This document shows, piece by piece, positions 27,786 to 37,564 of a DNA stretch of 64,000 nucleotides. The stretch comes from Candidatus Eiseniibacteriota bacterium. Lineage in GTDB: Bacteria > Eisenbacteria > RBG-16-71-46. The DNA is taken from assembly GCA_963717505.1 (NCBI GenBank), contig OY970342.1, positions 3,680,001 through 3,744,000 on the forward strand. Direction: 5' to 3'. The notes beneath the pieces are model-generated. The model was given only the letters and a program-made list of their open reading frames with translations, ran no database searches and was not told where the DNA came from. The first letter of the stretch is position 1. Every line of letters begins with the position of its first letter. The translations under genes were made by a program, and so were the position numbers.

Positions 27786-30700
27786 CGGCGCACCGCCACC
27801 TTGCGCAGGGCACGCGCGCTGGCGCCCGCGTCGTACTGCACCCGCAGCTCGGCGATGTAGACGCCGTTCCTCACGGTGTGACCGGCCCCGTTCAGACCGT
27901 CCCAGCGGTCGAGCTGTTGCATGCCGGCAGCGCGCGGCTCGCCGTCGGCCAGGGTCCGAACCGGCTCGCCCGCGAGCGTGAACAGGCGCAGCCAGACCCG
28001 GCCGTCGCCGTTCAAGTAGTACGCGAAGGACGTCGCTTCCCGGCCAGCGGCAAATGGATTTGGGAAGTTGGAGTAGCTTGCGGACAGTTCCAGCGGCCCG
28101 AACCCGCCGGCCTCGGTCCAGAGCGGGAAGGTCAGCCCAGCCGCGGGCAGCACCTGAATCTGGAGAACGCCGCCGCTCGGTTGCACGACGCCGACTCCGG
28201 AGGCGTCGAGGCCCACGCGAACCGTGCCGGACTCGAGTCCCGCCCGAGGGATGACGCTCACCTCGACTGTCCGTGAGCTGTCGGCATCGACCTCGAGTTC
28301 TGTGGCTCCGACCAGCGTCGCGGTCACCGAATCCGGCGTGAGCGCTCCTTGCGCCCACACCGCGCCGTCCACGCGCAGCAGGATTTCCGAGATCGTGGCG
28401 CCGAGAGCCTGATCGGTGAACGTGTGATCGGCGCCGCGCAGCGCGAGGTGGCGGACGCGAATCGATCCGGCTCCCGGCGCTGCCGGGTTCTCGAATCGAA
28501 GCGTGGCGATCGGGACTTCGCGCCCGTCTCCCGCCAACACGGCCGGCATCTCGGTCGCGAGCGAGGCCACCAGCGTCCGCGCCGGCGCCTGGACGTGCGT
28601 CAGGCCGGACGTGAACGGCAGCGGGCCCCCCTCCGGCACCACCACCGCGCGCGTCCCGAGATTGGCGTCATAGACGGAAATTCCCTCGCCGAACACCGAG
28701 AGCTCGAGGAAACCTTCGGGCGCGGCCGCCGAGATGTCCGCGCTCAGGTCGATCGTGGCGCTGTCGCCGGCAGCCAGTGTGCGACCGCCCACGTCGATGC
28801 CGGTGGCTTCGCCGCTGGTCGGCGGATCGCCGTTGCCCCCAGCGTCGACGCCATTCCAGCGCAGGCGCAGCGCGTCGAGGAACAAGGCGGGCGCAAGTGG
28901 TCGGCGCGCGTGATCGCGGCTGAGCACGATCAGGCTGTCGACTCGCAGCGGAGCGTCGCCGGGTCCGCCCGGATGGCGGAGCACCAGGGTCATGGCGCCG
29001 ATGCCCGCGTCCCCCGCGCGCACGCCCACCGGAAAGCGCGGCGTGCCGCGCACGACCACCTGATCGGCCGGCATCTCGACGATCACCGTCCCGCCGGGCA
29101 GCGGGTCGGTCGCGAACATCACGATCACCGGGTCGCGGGTAATGGCATCGCGCGCATCGAACAGCGTCGAGTCGGTGAGCCGCAGCCGGAACGCTCCGGC
29201 CGCCGCCAGGCTCGCGACGTCGGCGCTCACCAGCACGTCGACCGCCGTGTTGACCGGGACGCTGATCGCCGGGCTCAACAGCAGCGTGAGCTTGGGTCCG
29301 TCGACTGCGAGCACGGCGCGCGAGGCCATCGTCTGGAACCCGCTGCGCACCACGACGTGGCTGACGACGTCCGCCAGCAGCGCGAGGCGCGTGCCCAGCG
29401 TGTCGCTGGCGTCGAGCGCGAGTCCGCCGACGCGCACGTCCGAGGTGATGCCGCCGGCGCCGGGACTCAGCAGCCGGAAGGCCAGCATGGGAACGTCGAG
29501 CTGGCCGGGACCAACGTGAAGGTCGGCCGCCGGCAGCGCACTGACCTCGATGCGTGACGGACGCTCGAACACGCGAGCCAGTCCGGTTTGCACGGGGAAG
29601 CCGCCGGTCAGTCTCACCGCGACTTGAGCGCCGCTGGTCGCATCCTCCGCCACCAGCCACACGCTGTCCTCGATCGCGACCCGGAACGAAGGCGCGGTCG
29701 TGCTCGACTCGAGGTCGAGGCCGACCGTGAGCGTCACCGTCTCGCCCGCGTCGATCGGCACCGGAGTCGCGAGGGTCAGGTCGACCTGGGAGCCGCTGGT
29801 TTCGAGCGAGGTGCGCGACAGGCGTGTGATGGTCCCCTCGTTCACCACCACTCGCGCCAACAGAGAATCGGGAACGATCCCGGCGGCGAACTCGTCCGCG
29901 AGCCCGATGCGCAGCCCGAGGAAGCGGACCGGGGAACCCATCGCATTGGAGTTCGCCAGCTCCAGGTTGAACGCCACGATTCCGGTCTGGCCGCGGTTGA
30001 CCATCGGCGGCAGCGTGGACTCGAAGCTCCCGTCCAAATGGGTGACCTGATCGAAGATATGGTGTGGATCAGTCGCGGCATCCAGGCTGCGCCGCGGGAG
30101 GCCGCTCGGTCGCTCGGTGCCCTGCGCCCAGCCGGTGAGCACGACGTCGCCCGGCGTCGCCGCGCGATAGGTCCACACCAGCGTGTCGCGTTCGCCGGGC
30201 CCCAGGTCGACGCTCGCCGGCGACGGTCCGCTCTCGAAGTTCAGCGATCCGGTCCCGCTCTGTGCCAAACCCGAAGGCGTGACCGCCACCAGCGAATCGA
30301 CGCCGGCGTTGCGCACGACCATCGACACCGTGACCTGCTGGCCAGGGACGCTGGCGGAAGGCTGGATCTCGAGCGAGGCGAGCAGCGGCGAAGCGCTGAT
30401 GGTCAGCGTGGTCGGACCCGCCACGTCGGCGTCCAGTGGGCCGTCGTTTCCCGAGACCACCGTGATGCCCATCGTCGGGATGGCGAAGCGGACGGTCGCG
30501 GAGTCCGTCGGGCTGGCCGCGACTCGCACCGCGGCGAACACGCGTGCGCCGGTCGCGCCCAGAGGCACGGCCAGGGCCGTGATCCGCCAGCCCGCACCTG
30601 TCCAGCTGGCGGGCCCGAGGTCGACGTCGTCGCCGCTGCCCGGGGTGAACGCGCCGTCGCCGCCGTCCCGCCACCAGCGCACTTCGGCGAGGTCGTCGTT

Positions 30701-32398
30701 GTCGGCGGTGCCGAGGTTCGTGATTTCGATCCCCTGGAGCAGGTCGTCGGCCCATCCGTTGCGCGGGACGATCACGTCCATGGCGAGCACGGCCGAGTCG
30801 CCTGGAGCCAGGGACACCGGGGGTACGGCCAACGCGGCCAGCTGCGCCGCCACCATGCCGTCGACCGCGGCGCGGGCCCGTGAGTCGAGCGGCCAGCTCG
30901 CGACCACGCGCGTGGTGTCGCCCAGTCCGACATCGAGCGGGCCAGCGACCCGAGTCGACAAGGTGTCGCCGTCGGCGGCGGTGGTCAGCGCCACGTGCGC
31001 GGTGACGAAGAAGTGACGCGTCCCACTCGCGATCAGGGGAGCGCTGAACCCGGTGAACGAGGCGCGGCCACCGCTGAAGAAGCTGCTCGCGAGCGGCGGG
31101 TCGATGAGCGAGTCGCCGAGCACCCCATCGCCGTTGCCGTCCAGGCGCAGAACCAGTGCCTGAACGGCGGCGTCACGCTGCGCCGGCGTCCCGCCGATCC
31201 CGGCGTTTTCGACCGAGAGGCGATCCATGGCTTGATTGCTTCCGTAGCTGTTGGTCACCGAAAAGTGCAGCAGCGTCACGTCCCGGGCGCCCGGTCGCGT
31301 GACCACCGGTGGCAGCGGAGTCGCCGACAACGTCAGACGATTGGCGGTGCTCACCGTGCGCTCCGGCGCTTCGACCGCCAGGTCGAGCGGGCCGTCGTTG
31401 TTGCTCGACATGCCGACGCCGGCGTCGGGGAGCGCCGGCAACGCCAATCGAATGCTGCGTCCTTCGATCGCGAGGTCGCCGACGTCGACCGTCACCCAAA
31501 TGCGCAGGCCCTCGACCGGCACCGGCTCGCCGATCCCGGATCGAACCCAGCGCGAACCGCCGACGTAACTGAGCGCGCCGATCCTGCGGTCGCGATCAGG
31601 ATCGAACTCGCCACTCTTGTCGTCGTCGATCCAGGCGGTCATCCCCGTCAGGTCGGATCCGGCGAGCGCCGTACCACTGTTGACCACCTCGATGGTCTCG
31701 AGTTTGTCCTCTTCGTACCCATTGGCCGGCAGCACGACCCCGAGGGCCAGGTTGTCGTCGGTCCCCGCCAGGACGCTTCCCCACGACTTCTTGCTGATGT
31801 CGATCTGCGCGGCGACCAGGCCGTTGATCGGAAACGCGCCGGGAGGCGCCAGCGGAAACGTCGTGCCCTGGAACTGCTCGGAGGTCGAGAATTCGAGATC
31901 GCCTCCCGATTGAATCGCGAGGTCGAGCAGATCGCCGTCTCGAGCCCGGAGCGGAAGGTCGGTGACCACCAGGAATCGGGCGGAGTTCCCGGGTTGGATT
32001 GTGAGGTTGAATCCGGTGAAGGCGATCGCGCCGCCGGAAGCCTGGGTCGAGTCGAGCATCGGGTCGCCGCGGTCGAAGCCCGCGTTGCCGGCGTCGCGAA
32101 CCAGCCGCGCCATACCCAGCTCGGCATCCTTCTGAGCAATGGTGCCGGGTCCCTGCGTGGTGTTGGTCAGTCGGACGCCGGTGAACCGGACGTTTCCGAG
32201 CAGGAGGTTGTTGTTGGTGATCGTGAACTCGTAGAGGCCGACCTCGGCGGTCCCCGGGTTGACGACTCTGGGCGCCTGGCTGGCGGCCACCGACACGACC
32301 GCCCACGCCGGATCGGCCGGCATCGCCAGAACGGCAAGTGCCACCGGAACGGCGATGCCGAAGAGCCTCGCCGACGGGCATGGAACGGCGAAACGCAT
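27782..32398 (-). CDS. Giant secreted beta-rich repeat protein (1538 aa) with FlgD/T9SS-type C-terminal domain (copy 1)
   Basis: Signal peptide; internal repeats with DxxGDG loops; SYSNFPNPF...WDGLNGAG..VRNGVYIAEL. Confidence 0.85.
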   Translation of the reverse strand: MRFAVPCPSARLFGIAVPVALAVLAMPADPAWAVVSVAASQAPRVVNPGTAEVGLYEFTITNNNLLLGNVRFTGVRLTNTTQGPGTIAQKDAELGMARLVRDAGNAGFDRGDPMLDSTQASGGAIAFTGFNLTIQPGNSARFLVVTDLPLRARDGDLLDLAIQSGGDLEFSTSEQFQGTTFPLAPPGAFPINGLVAAQIDISKKSWGSVLAGTDDNLALGVVLPANGYEEDKLETIEVVNSGTALAGSDLTGMTAWIDDDKSGEFDPDRDRRIGALSYVGGSRWVRSGIGEPVPVEGLRIWVTVDVGDLAIEGRSIRLALPALPDAGVGMSSNNDGPLDLAVEAPERTVSTANRLTLSATPLPPVVTRPGARDVTLLHFSVTNSYGSNQAMDRLSVENAGIGGTPAQRDAAVQALVLRLDGNGDGVLGDSLIDPPLASSFFSGGRASFTGFSAPLIASGTRHFFVTAHVALTTAADGDTLSTRVAGPLDVGLGDTTRVVASWPLDSRARAAVDGMVAAQLAALAVPPVSLAPGDSAVLAMDVIVPRNGWADDLLQGIEITNLGTADNDDLAEVRWWRDGGDGAFTPGSGDDVDLGPASWTGAGWRITALAVPLGATGARVFAAVRVAASPTDSATVRFAIPTMGITVVSGNDGPLDADVAGPTTLTISASPLLASLEIQPSASVPGQQVTVSMVVRNAGVDSLVAVTPSGLAQSGTGSLNFESGPSPASVDLGPGERDTLVWTYRAATPGDVVLTGWAQGTERPSGLPRRSLDAATDPHHIFDQVTHLDGSFESTLPPMVNRGQTGIVAFNLELANSNAMGSPVRFLGLRIGLADEFAAGIVPDSLLARVVVNEGTITRLSRTSLETSGSQVDLTLATPVPIDAGETVTLTVGLDLESSTTAPSFRVAIEDSVWLVAEDATSGAQVAVRLTGGFPVQTGLARVFERPSRIEVSALPAADLHVGPGQLDVPMLAFRLLSPGAGGITSDVRVGGLALDASDTLGTRLALLADVVSHVVVRSGFQTMASRAVLAVDGPKLTLLLSPAISVPVNTAVDVLVSADVASLAAAGAFRLRLTDSTLFDARDAITRDPVIVMFATDPLPGGTVIVEMPADQVVVRGTPRFPVGVRAGDAGIGAMTLVLRHPGGPGDAPLRVDSLIVLSRDHARRPLAPALFLDALRLRWNGVDAGGNGDPPTSGEATGIDVGGRTLAAGDSATIDLSADISAAAPEGFLELSVFGEGISVYDANLGTRAVVVPEGGPLPFTSGLTHVQAPARTLVASLATEMPAVLAGDGREVPIATLRFENPAAPGAGSIRVRHLALRGADHTFTDQALGATISEILLRVDGAVWAQGALTPDSVTATLVGATELEVDADSSRTVEVSVIPRAGLESGTVRVGLDASGVGVVQPSGGVLQIQVLPAAGLTFPLWTEAGGFGPLELSASYSNFPNPFAAGREATSFAYYLNGDGRVWLRLFTLAGEPVRTLADGEPRAAGMQQLDRWDGLNGAGHTVRNGVYIAELRVQYDAGASARALRKVAVRR

Positions 32399-32410
32399 AG
32401 TGCAACTGGC

Positions 32411-32439
32411 GTTATCGGCCGCGATGACAAGCGGCTGGA
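32411..32439 (-). promoter_or_regulatory. sigma28-like promoter of giant-protein operon 1
   Basis: TCCAG-15 nt-GCCGATAAC on the minus strand, 12 nt before ATG. Confidence 0.6.
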
Positions 32440-32530
32440 GCGTTCTGCTGTTGAAGGGCCGGCCCGCCTCTCGTTAGACTTCTTGGTGGCGGCCGCGCAT
32501 TTCGCCCGTTTATCCCACCCGGAGACCCTC

Positions 32531-33076
32531 ATGAGAGCGCTCGCCGCTGGTATTGCCGTTCTGGTCCTGTGGTCCACCCCCGCCCTGCCCGGCGAAACGT
32601 CCACGACCGCCTGGTCCACGTATGGCGCGCCGATCACGCTCAAGAAGACGACGAAACTCGACCAGGCGGTGGCCAAGCAGGTGGGCAAGGAAGTCCTGGT
32701 CCAGGGCACCATCGCCGACGTCTGCCAGAACAAGGGCTGCTGGATGACGGTCCGCGACCGCAATCAGGAGGTCCGGGTCGAGTTCAAGGACTATGGGTTC
32801 TTCGTCCCCTGGGGCACCGGCGGCAAGCCGGTGCGCATGCAGGGAGTCATGACCGAACGGGTCATGAGCCCCGAGGATCAGAAACACATCGCATCGGAGT
32901 CCAAGCAGGGTGGCGGTGTGGGCACGCCTGCCGAAGAACCGAAGAAGCTGCTCGTGTTCGTGGCGAGCGGCGTGTCGATCCAGGGGGGCGGCGACCTCAG
33001 TGCCGAGCAGCGACGCAAGGTCGGGGGCGCGGCGGAGGAGACCCACGACCATAGCGCCCCGGGACACAAGCACTAG
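32531..33076 (+). CDS. DUF4920-like exported protein
   Basis: GGAG RBS; signal peptide; VCQNKGCWM, FKDYGFFVP; His-rich tail. Confidence 0.8.
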   Translation: MRALAAGIAVLVLWSTPALPGETSTTAWSTYGAPITLKKTTKLDQAVAKQVGKEVLVQGTIADVCQNKGCWMTVRDRNQEVRVEFKDYGFFVPWGTGGKPVRMQGVMTERVMSPEDQKHIASESKQGGGVGTPAEEPKKLLVFVASGVSIQGGGDLSAEQRRKVGGAAEETHDHSAPGHKH

Positions 33077-33171
33077 CCGTTGGATGAACGCCGTTGGTTG
33101 AGCCGTTCGGTTCTTCGACCCGAGTTGGCCAAGCGGGGCAAGCGCCCCCGACCCCCAGGAGGTAGCCTCCA

Positions 33172-33744
33172 ATGAACCGCCCCCGTTGGTTGCTGGTGAC
33201 CTTGTTCCTGATCGTGGCGTGTGGTTCCGCCGCAGCTTGGCGCAACAACGGCCTAGTCGACGCGCGGGATCACTCCCCGACCGGCGAACCGCGGTCGAAG
33301 GCGTCGCGAACCACCCTGAACGCGACAGTGCCCGCCATCGAGTCCGCGGCGGCGACTCCGACCGCAGTCGCGACCCCGGCCGCAGGATCCACGGCCCCGT
33401 CGCCTCCAGAAGCTGCTCGTGAGACCCACGCGGAACCCGACGTGTCGCCGGGCATGATCGTGGCGATCGATCCCGAAACCGGTGCGCTCGGCCCGCCGAG
33501 CGTCGAACAGCTGCGCGAGCTGTTCCCGCCGGGCACCAGCGTCGCGCAGACCCCGGACGGCTTCGTCGTCACCCACCGGCCGGACGGCTCGGTGAGCATC
33601 GACGTGGGATGGCAACTTCACGAGTACGCGTTCGTGCGCATCGGGCCCGATGGCAAGCGCGTTCAAGGCTGCGCTCCCGCGCCGCTGGATGCGCGCACGA
33701 TCGAGTCGCTGCCCGCCCCCAGCCCGCAGTACGAGGAGCGATAG
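33172..33744 (+). CDS. Exported hypothetical protein upstream of PA-domain peptidase
   Basis: AGGAGG RBS; signal peptide; Pro/Ala linker; AIDPETGALGPPS...HRPDGSV motif. Confidence 0.7.
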   Translation: MNRPRWLLVTLFLIVACGSAAAWRNNGLVDARDHSPTGEPRSKASRTTLNATVPAIESAAATPTAVATPAAGSTAPSPPEAARETHAEPDVSPGMIVAIDPETGALGPPSVEQLRELFPPGTSVAQTPDGFVVTHRPDGSVSIDVGWQLHEYAFVRIGPDGKRVQGCAPAPLDARTIESLPAPSPQYEER

Positions 33745-33747
33745 GCC

Positions 33748-35430
33748 ATGAACGACCTACGCAAAGCCTGCCTGCTGCTGGTTGCGGCTCTCTTGGTATC
33801 GGCGGTGACGGTGCTGCCTGCGACCTCAGCTACCATCGTCGTGATCAACGCCGACGGCGCCGGAGAAGGGTTCAGCGATCCGACGCCGGCGACGCCGATC
33901 GGCGGCAATCCCGGCGTCACCATCGGCGCCCAGCGGTTCTACGTGTTCCAGTACGCGGCCGACCTCTGGGCCGCCATTCTGCCGAGTGCCGTCACCATCC
34001 GCATCACCGCGCAGTTCAACCCGCTGACCTGCACGGCCACCGGCGGCGTGCTCGGCAGCGCTGGGCCCACCGGGTATCAGCGCGACTTCCCTGGAGCTCC
34101 GCTCGCCGGCCACTGGTATCCCTACGCTCTGGCGAGCAAGCTCCAGGGCATCGACACCTCTCCCGGCGACGACATCTCGATCCAGTTCAACTCGAGCGTC
34201 GGTCAGCCGACTTGCATCACGTCCGGCTGGTACTACGGCGTGGATGGCGCCGAGGGCACGCAGATCGAACTGCTCCCGGTGGTCCTCCACGAGATGGGGC
34301 ACGGACTCGGATTCCTGACGCCGACCAGTAAGACCAGCGGCGCCTACCTGAACACCTTCCCGTCGGTGTACGACCACTTTCTCTACGACAACACCTCGGG
34401 CCTCCATTGGGACGAGATGACCTCGGGGCAGCGCCTGGCCTCGGTCAACACCTGCACCCATCTGGCCTGGGACGGCTCGGCGGTCATGAACTACGCGCCC
34501 TCGTTCCTCGGCGACAAGCCGCTCTTGCGCGTGAATTCGCCGGCCTCGATCGATGGCGACTACGCGGTCGGACTCGCGACCTTCGGCGCGCCGCTCGGCG
34601 CACCGCTCTCGGGCGACGTCGTGCTCGCCACCGACGGCGACGCCTACCCGACCAACGGCTGCGAGCCCCTGGTCAACGACGTCAATGGCAAGATCGCGTT
34701 GATCGATCGCGGCACGTGCGCTTTCGTGGTCAAGGTCAAGTACGCCCAGGAAGCCGGGGCGATCGCCGTGGTGGTCGCCGACTCCGTGGCCGGTTGCCCG
34801 CCAGCGGGCATGGGCGGCGCCGATCCCACGATCACCATCCCCTCGGTGCGCGTGACGCAGGCGGACGGCGCGTTGATCCGGGCCAACCTGCTGGCGGGGG
34901 TCAACGTGACCATGACCCTCGATCCCAATCTGCTCGCGGGCGCCGACGCGGCCGGTCGCGTCCTGGTCTACACCCCTTCGGTGATCGCCTCCGGTTCCAG
35001 CGTCTCCCACTGGGACGTGAGCGCCGAGCCCAACCTTCTGATGGAGCCGGCGACCACCAGCTCGCTTTCGTCCGACGTCGACCTCGCCAAGTGGTTGTTC
35101 TGGGACATCGGTTGGTTCGAGGAGCTGGTCGCGGTGGATCCCGCGCGCCAGGAGATCTACCGGCTCGGGACCAACAGTCCGAATCCGTTCGGCGGTCGGA
35201 CTACCATCCACTTCGCGCTCGAGCGCGAGGACGACGTGATGCTCGGCGTCTACGACCTCTCGGGTCGTCTGGTCAGCCGGCTCCATCAAGGGCGGCTCGC
35301 CGCCGGCGCCCATACCATTCCTTGGAATGGTCAGGACCTGAGCGGACGGCGGATGCCGCCCGGCGTTTACCTTTATACCCTCGAGACGCGTGCCGGGCGC
35401 GAGAGCCGACACATGGTGCTGATGCGCTGA
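33748..35430 (+). CDS. Secreted zinc metallopeptidase with PA domain and FlgD/T9SS-type C-terminal domain
   Basis: HEMGHGLG; PA domain GKIALIDRGTCAFVVKV; SGSSVSHWD; NSPNPF...GVYLYTL. Confidence 0.85.
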   Translation: MNDLRKACLLLVAALLVSAVTVLPATSATIVVINADGAGEGFSDPTPATPIGGNPGVTIGAQRFYVFQYAADLWAAILPSAVTIRITAQFNPLTCTATGGVLGSAGPTGYQRDFPGAPLAGHWYPYALASKLQGIDTSPGDDISIQFNSSVGQPTCITSGWYYGVDGAEGTQIELLPVVLHEMGHGLGFLTPTSKTSGAYLNTFPSVYDHFLYDNTSGLHWDEMTSGQRLASVNTCTHLAWDGSAVMNYAPSFLGDKPLLRVNSPASIDGDYAVGLATFGAPLGAPLSGDVVLATDGDAYPTNGCEPLVNDVNGKIALIDRGTCAFVVKVKYAQEAGAIAVVVADSVAGCPPAGMGGADPTITIPSVRVTQADGALIRANLLAGVNVTMTLDPNLLAGADAAGRVLVYTPSVIASGSSVSHWDVSAEPNLLMEPATTSSLSSDVDLAKWLFWDIGWFEELVAVDPARQEIYRLGTNSPNPFGGRTTIHFALEREDDVMLGVYDLSGRLVSRLHQGRLAAGAHTIPWNGQDLSGRRMPPGVYLYTLETRAGRESRHMVLMR

Positions 35431-35433
35431 CCG

Positions 35434-37431
35434 CTACTCGGCGGCCATTGGCGGCGTCTTTCGGGCGCCGCCGATGGTCTCGTCGAGGAACGCCGCCACC
35501 CGCTCGCCGAAGTAGATCCGATTGTCGAGCTTGGCGAACCCGTGGCCTTCGTCGGGCGCCACGAACATGCGCGGATTCTGCCCGCGCTCGCGCAGTGCCG
35601 CGGCCAGCTGCATCGCCTCCTCCACCGGTACGCGCGGGTCGTTGAATCCGTGCGCGATGAACACCGGCACCTGGATCTTGTCCACGCGGTGGATGCTCGA
35701 GACGCTGGCCAGGAACTCCGGGTCGGTGAGCGGGCCGTACTCGACCTCGCGCAGCTCACGCCGGTAGCCGCTGGTCTTCTCGAGGAACGTCTTCAAGTTC
35801 ACGATGCCGACCGTGTTCACGCAGGCGCCGAACAGCCGTTGCTTGCGCTCGCCGCGATCCGCGCGTTCCTGGTCCTCGACCAGACAGGCGACCGCCATGA
35901 ACCCACCGTACGAGCCGCCATAGGTGGCGATGCGCCCGGGCTCCGAATAGCCGTTCTTCACCAGCCATTCGGCGGCGTCGACTCCGTCGCGCACGCTGTC
36001 CCACCGCTTCTTGTAGTTGTCCATCTCGTGAAACGCCCGGCCGTAGCCGGTGCTGCCGCGAACGTTGGGCAGGATCACTCCGTAGCCGCGACTGATGTAG
36101 TACTGGAGCGTCGCGTTGAAGCTCGGCCGGGACTGGCCCTCGGGTCCGCCGTGGTAGTAGGCGATGAACGGGATCGAGGTCCCGCGCGTGTAACCCTCGG
36201 GCACGTAGAGCAAGGCGTGGATCTCGACGCCGTCGAACGCCTGGTAGGTCACGACCTCGGGCAGTGGGAACCGCGACAGCTCGAGTCCCTGATCCTCGGC
36301 CCAGGTGAGCTGCCGGGTCACCGGCTGGGCGCCGCGCGCGTAGGTGGTCGCGTAGGCGAGTCCGGGCGTGCGCGCGTTGCTGAGAGACCAGACCAGCGTG
36401 CGATCGCGGAACGTGACCAGGTCGAGCACCCCGCGCTCGATCGTCGGCGGCGGCAGCGGCTTGAAGTCGGGTAGCGAGAACAGGTGCGGCACCGCATAGC
36501 CGTCCTGGTTCGCGGCCACCGCGAGCAACTCTCGGTTCATGTCGAGCTCGGCGCCGTCCAGCTCGAAGGGCGACAACGCGGGGATCGGCTCCGTGACCTT
36601 GCCGCGCTTGAGGTCGCGCAGGTACAGCCGCTGCTGGCCGTCCTTGAGATCCGACAAGATGAGGACGCGGCGCTCGTCGGGCATGTAGCCGACCAGCCTG
36701 CAGGCCGCGGTCCCGCCCTCGGGGCGGATCGTCAGGTCCGAGAGCCTGCCGGTCGCGACGTCCAGCTCGAAGACCTGTCGATCGGACGCGGAGACCACGT
36801 GAGTCACCAACATGCGCTTGCCGTCCTGAGTGATGCCGTTGGCGTTCCAGGTGCCTTCCTTGGCCAGCACGCGCGTGGTCGCGCCGGTCGCGATGACGTA
36901 CCGATAGAGATGGAAATCGGTCGGGCTGTCGGCGTTCGCCGAGTAGACGAAACTCGAGCCGTCCCGCGACCAGGCGTTGACCGTGGCGCGCACCCGTGGG
37001 TTGGCGAGCACCGCGGTCGTCGGGGCCTCCGGCCCGGCAGTCGCGCTGATCAGCGTCAGCTGCCAGTTCTCGTTGCCGCCGGGCGCGTGCATCAGCACCG
37101 CCCATTTCCCGTCGGGCGAGACCGAATAGCTGCTCAAGCCGTCTCGGAACGACGTGAGTCGGGTTTCCGGGGCGCGACTCGGGCTGGACGCGGTGGCACC
37201 CCCCGGCGCCTCGGGCGCCCGTCGGTAGAGCTGGGTGACGCCATCCGGGTTGTTCATCATCAGCAGCGAACCATCGGGCAGCGGCACCGGCGTGCGTGGC
37301 GCCCGGATCTTGAGGAACTGGGAGATCGTGGGTGCGGCGTCGTCCGCGGCCGGCAGGGCCGGAGGCGCGACGACCAGCGCAATCAGAGTCAGCACTATCG
37401 CGGTCGAGGATCGTGCGAGAGATGAGGGCAT
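35434..37431 (-). CDS. S9-family prolyl oligopeptidase/acylaminoacyl peptidase
   Basis: Signal peptide; beta-propeller; HGGPE, NVRGSTGYG, GGSYGG, NDPRV, DEGHGF. Confidence 0.92.
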   Translation of the reverse strand: MPSSLARSSTAIVLTLIALVVAPPALPAADDAAPTISQFLKIRAPRTPVPLPDGSLLMMNNPDGVTQLYRRAPEAPGGATASSPSRAPETRLTSFRDGLSSYSVSPDGKWAVLMHAPGGNENWQLTLISATAGPEAPTTAVLANPRVRATVNAWSRDGSSFVYSANADSPTDFHLYRYVIATGATTRVLAKEGTWNANGITQDGKRMLVTHVVSASDRQVFELDVATGRLSDLTIRPEGGTAACRLVGYMPDERRVLILSDLKDGQQRLYLRDLKRGKVTEPIPALSPFELDGAELDMNRELLAVAANQDGYAVPHLFSLPDFKPLPPPTIERGVLDLVTFRDRTLVWSLSNARTPGLAYATTYARGAQPVTRQLTWAEDQGLELSRFPLPEVVTYQAFDGVEIHALLYVPEGYTRGTSIPFIAYYHGGPEGQSRPSFNATLQYYISRGYGVILPNVRGSTGYGRAFHEMDNYKKRWDSVRDGVDAAEWLVKNGYSEPGRIATYGGSYGGFMAVACLVEDQERADRGERKQRLFGACVNTVGIVNLKTFLEKTSGYRRELREVEYGPLTDPEFLASVSSIHRVDKIQVPVFIAHGFNDPRVPVEEAMQLAAALRERGQNPRMFVAPDEGHGFAKLDNRIYFGERVAAFLDETIGGARKTPPMAAE

Positions 37432-37564
37432 GGGGGGCTCCTAGGGGGGGCTCCAGGTGCGCGACGAAGGCCACGCCACGACCGGGACGTCGTGGCTCGC
37501 AAGCGCGGTCAGCGTAACACCGGGGAACCACGGGCGACGAGGGTTTCGTCGCCGGGGCCGCGCG

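Noticed and set aside
30995-32530. N-terminal 512 codons of the 693-aa ORF
   Set aside because: Antisense to the giant protein; real gene starts at ATG 32531 after an RBS
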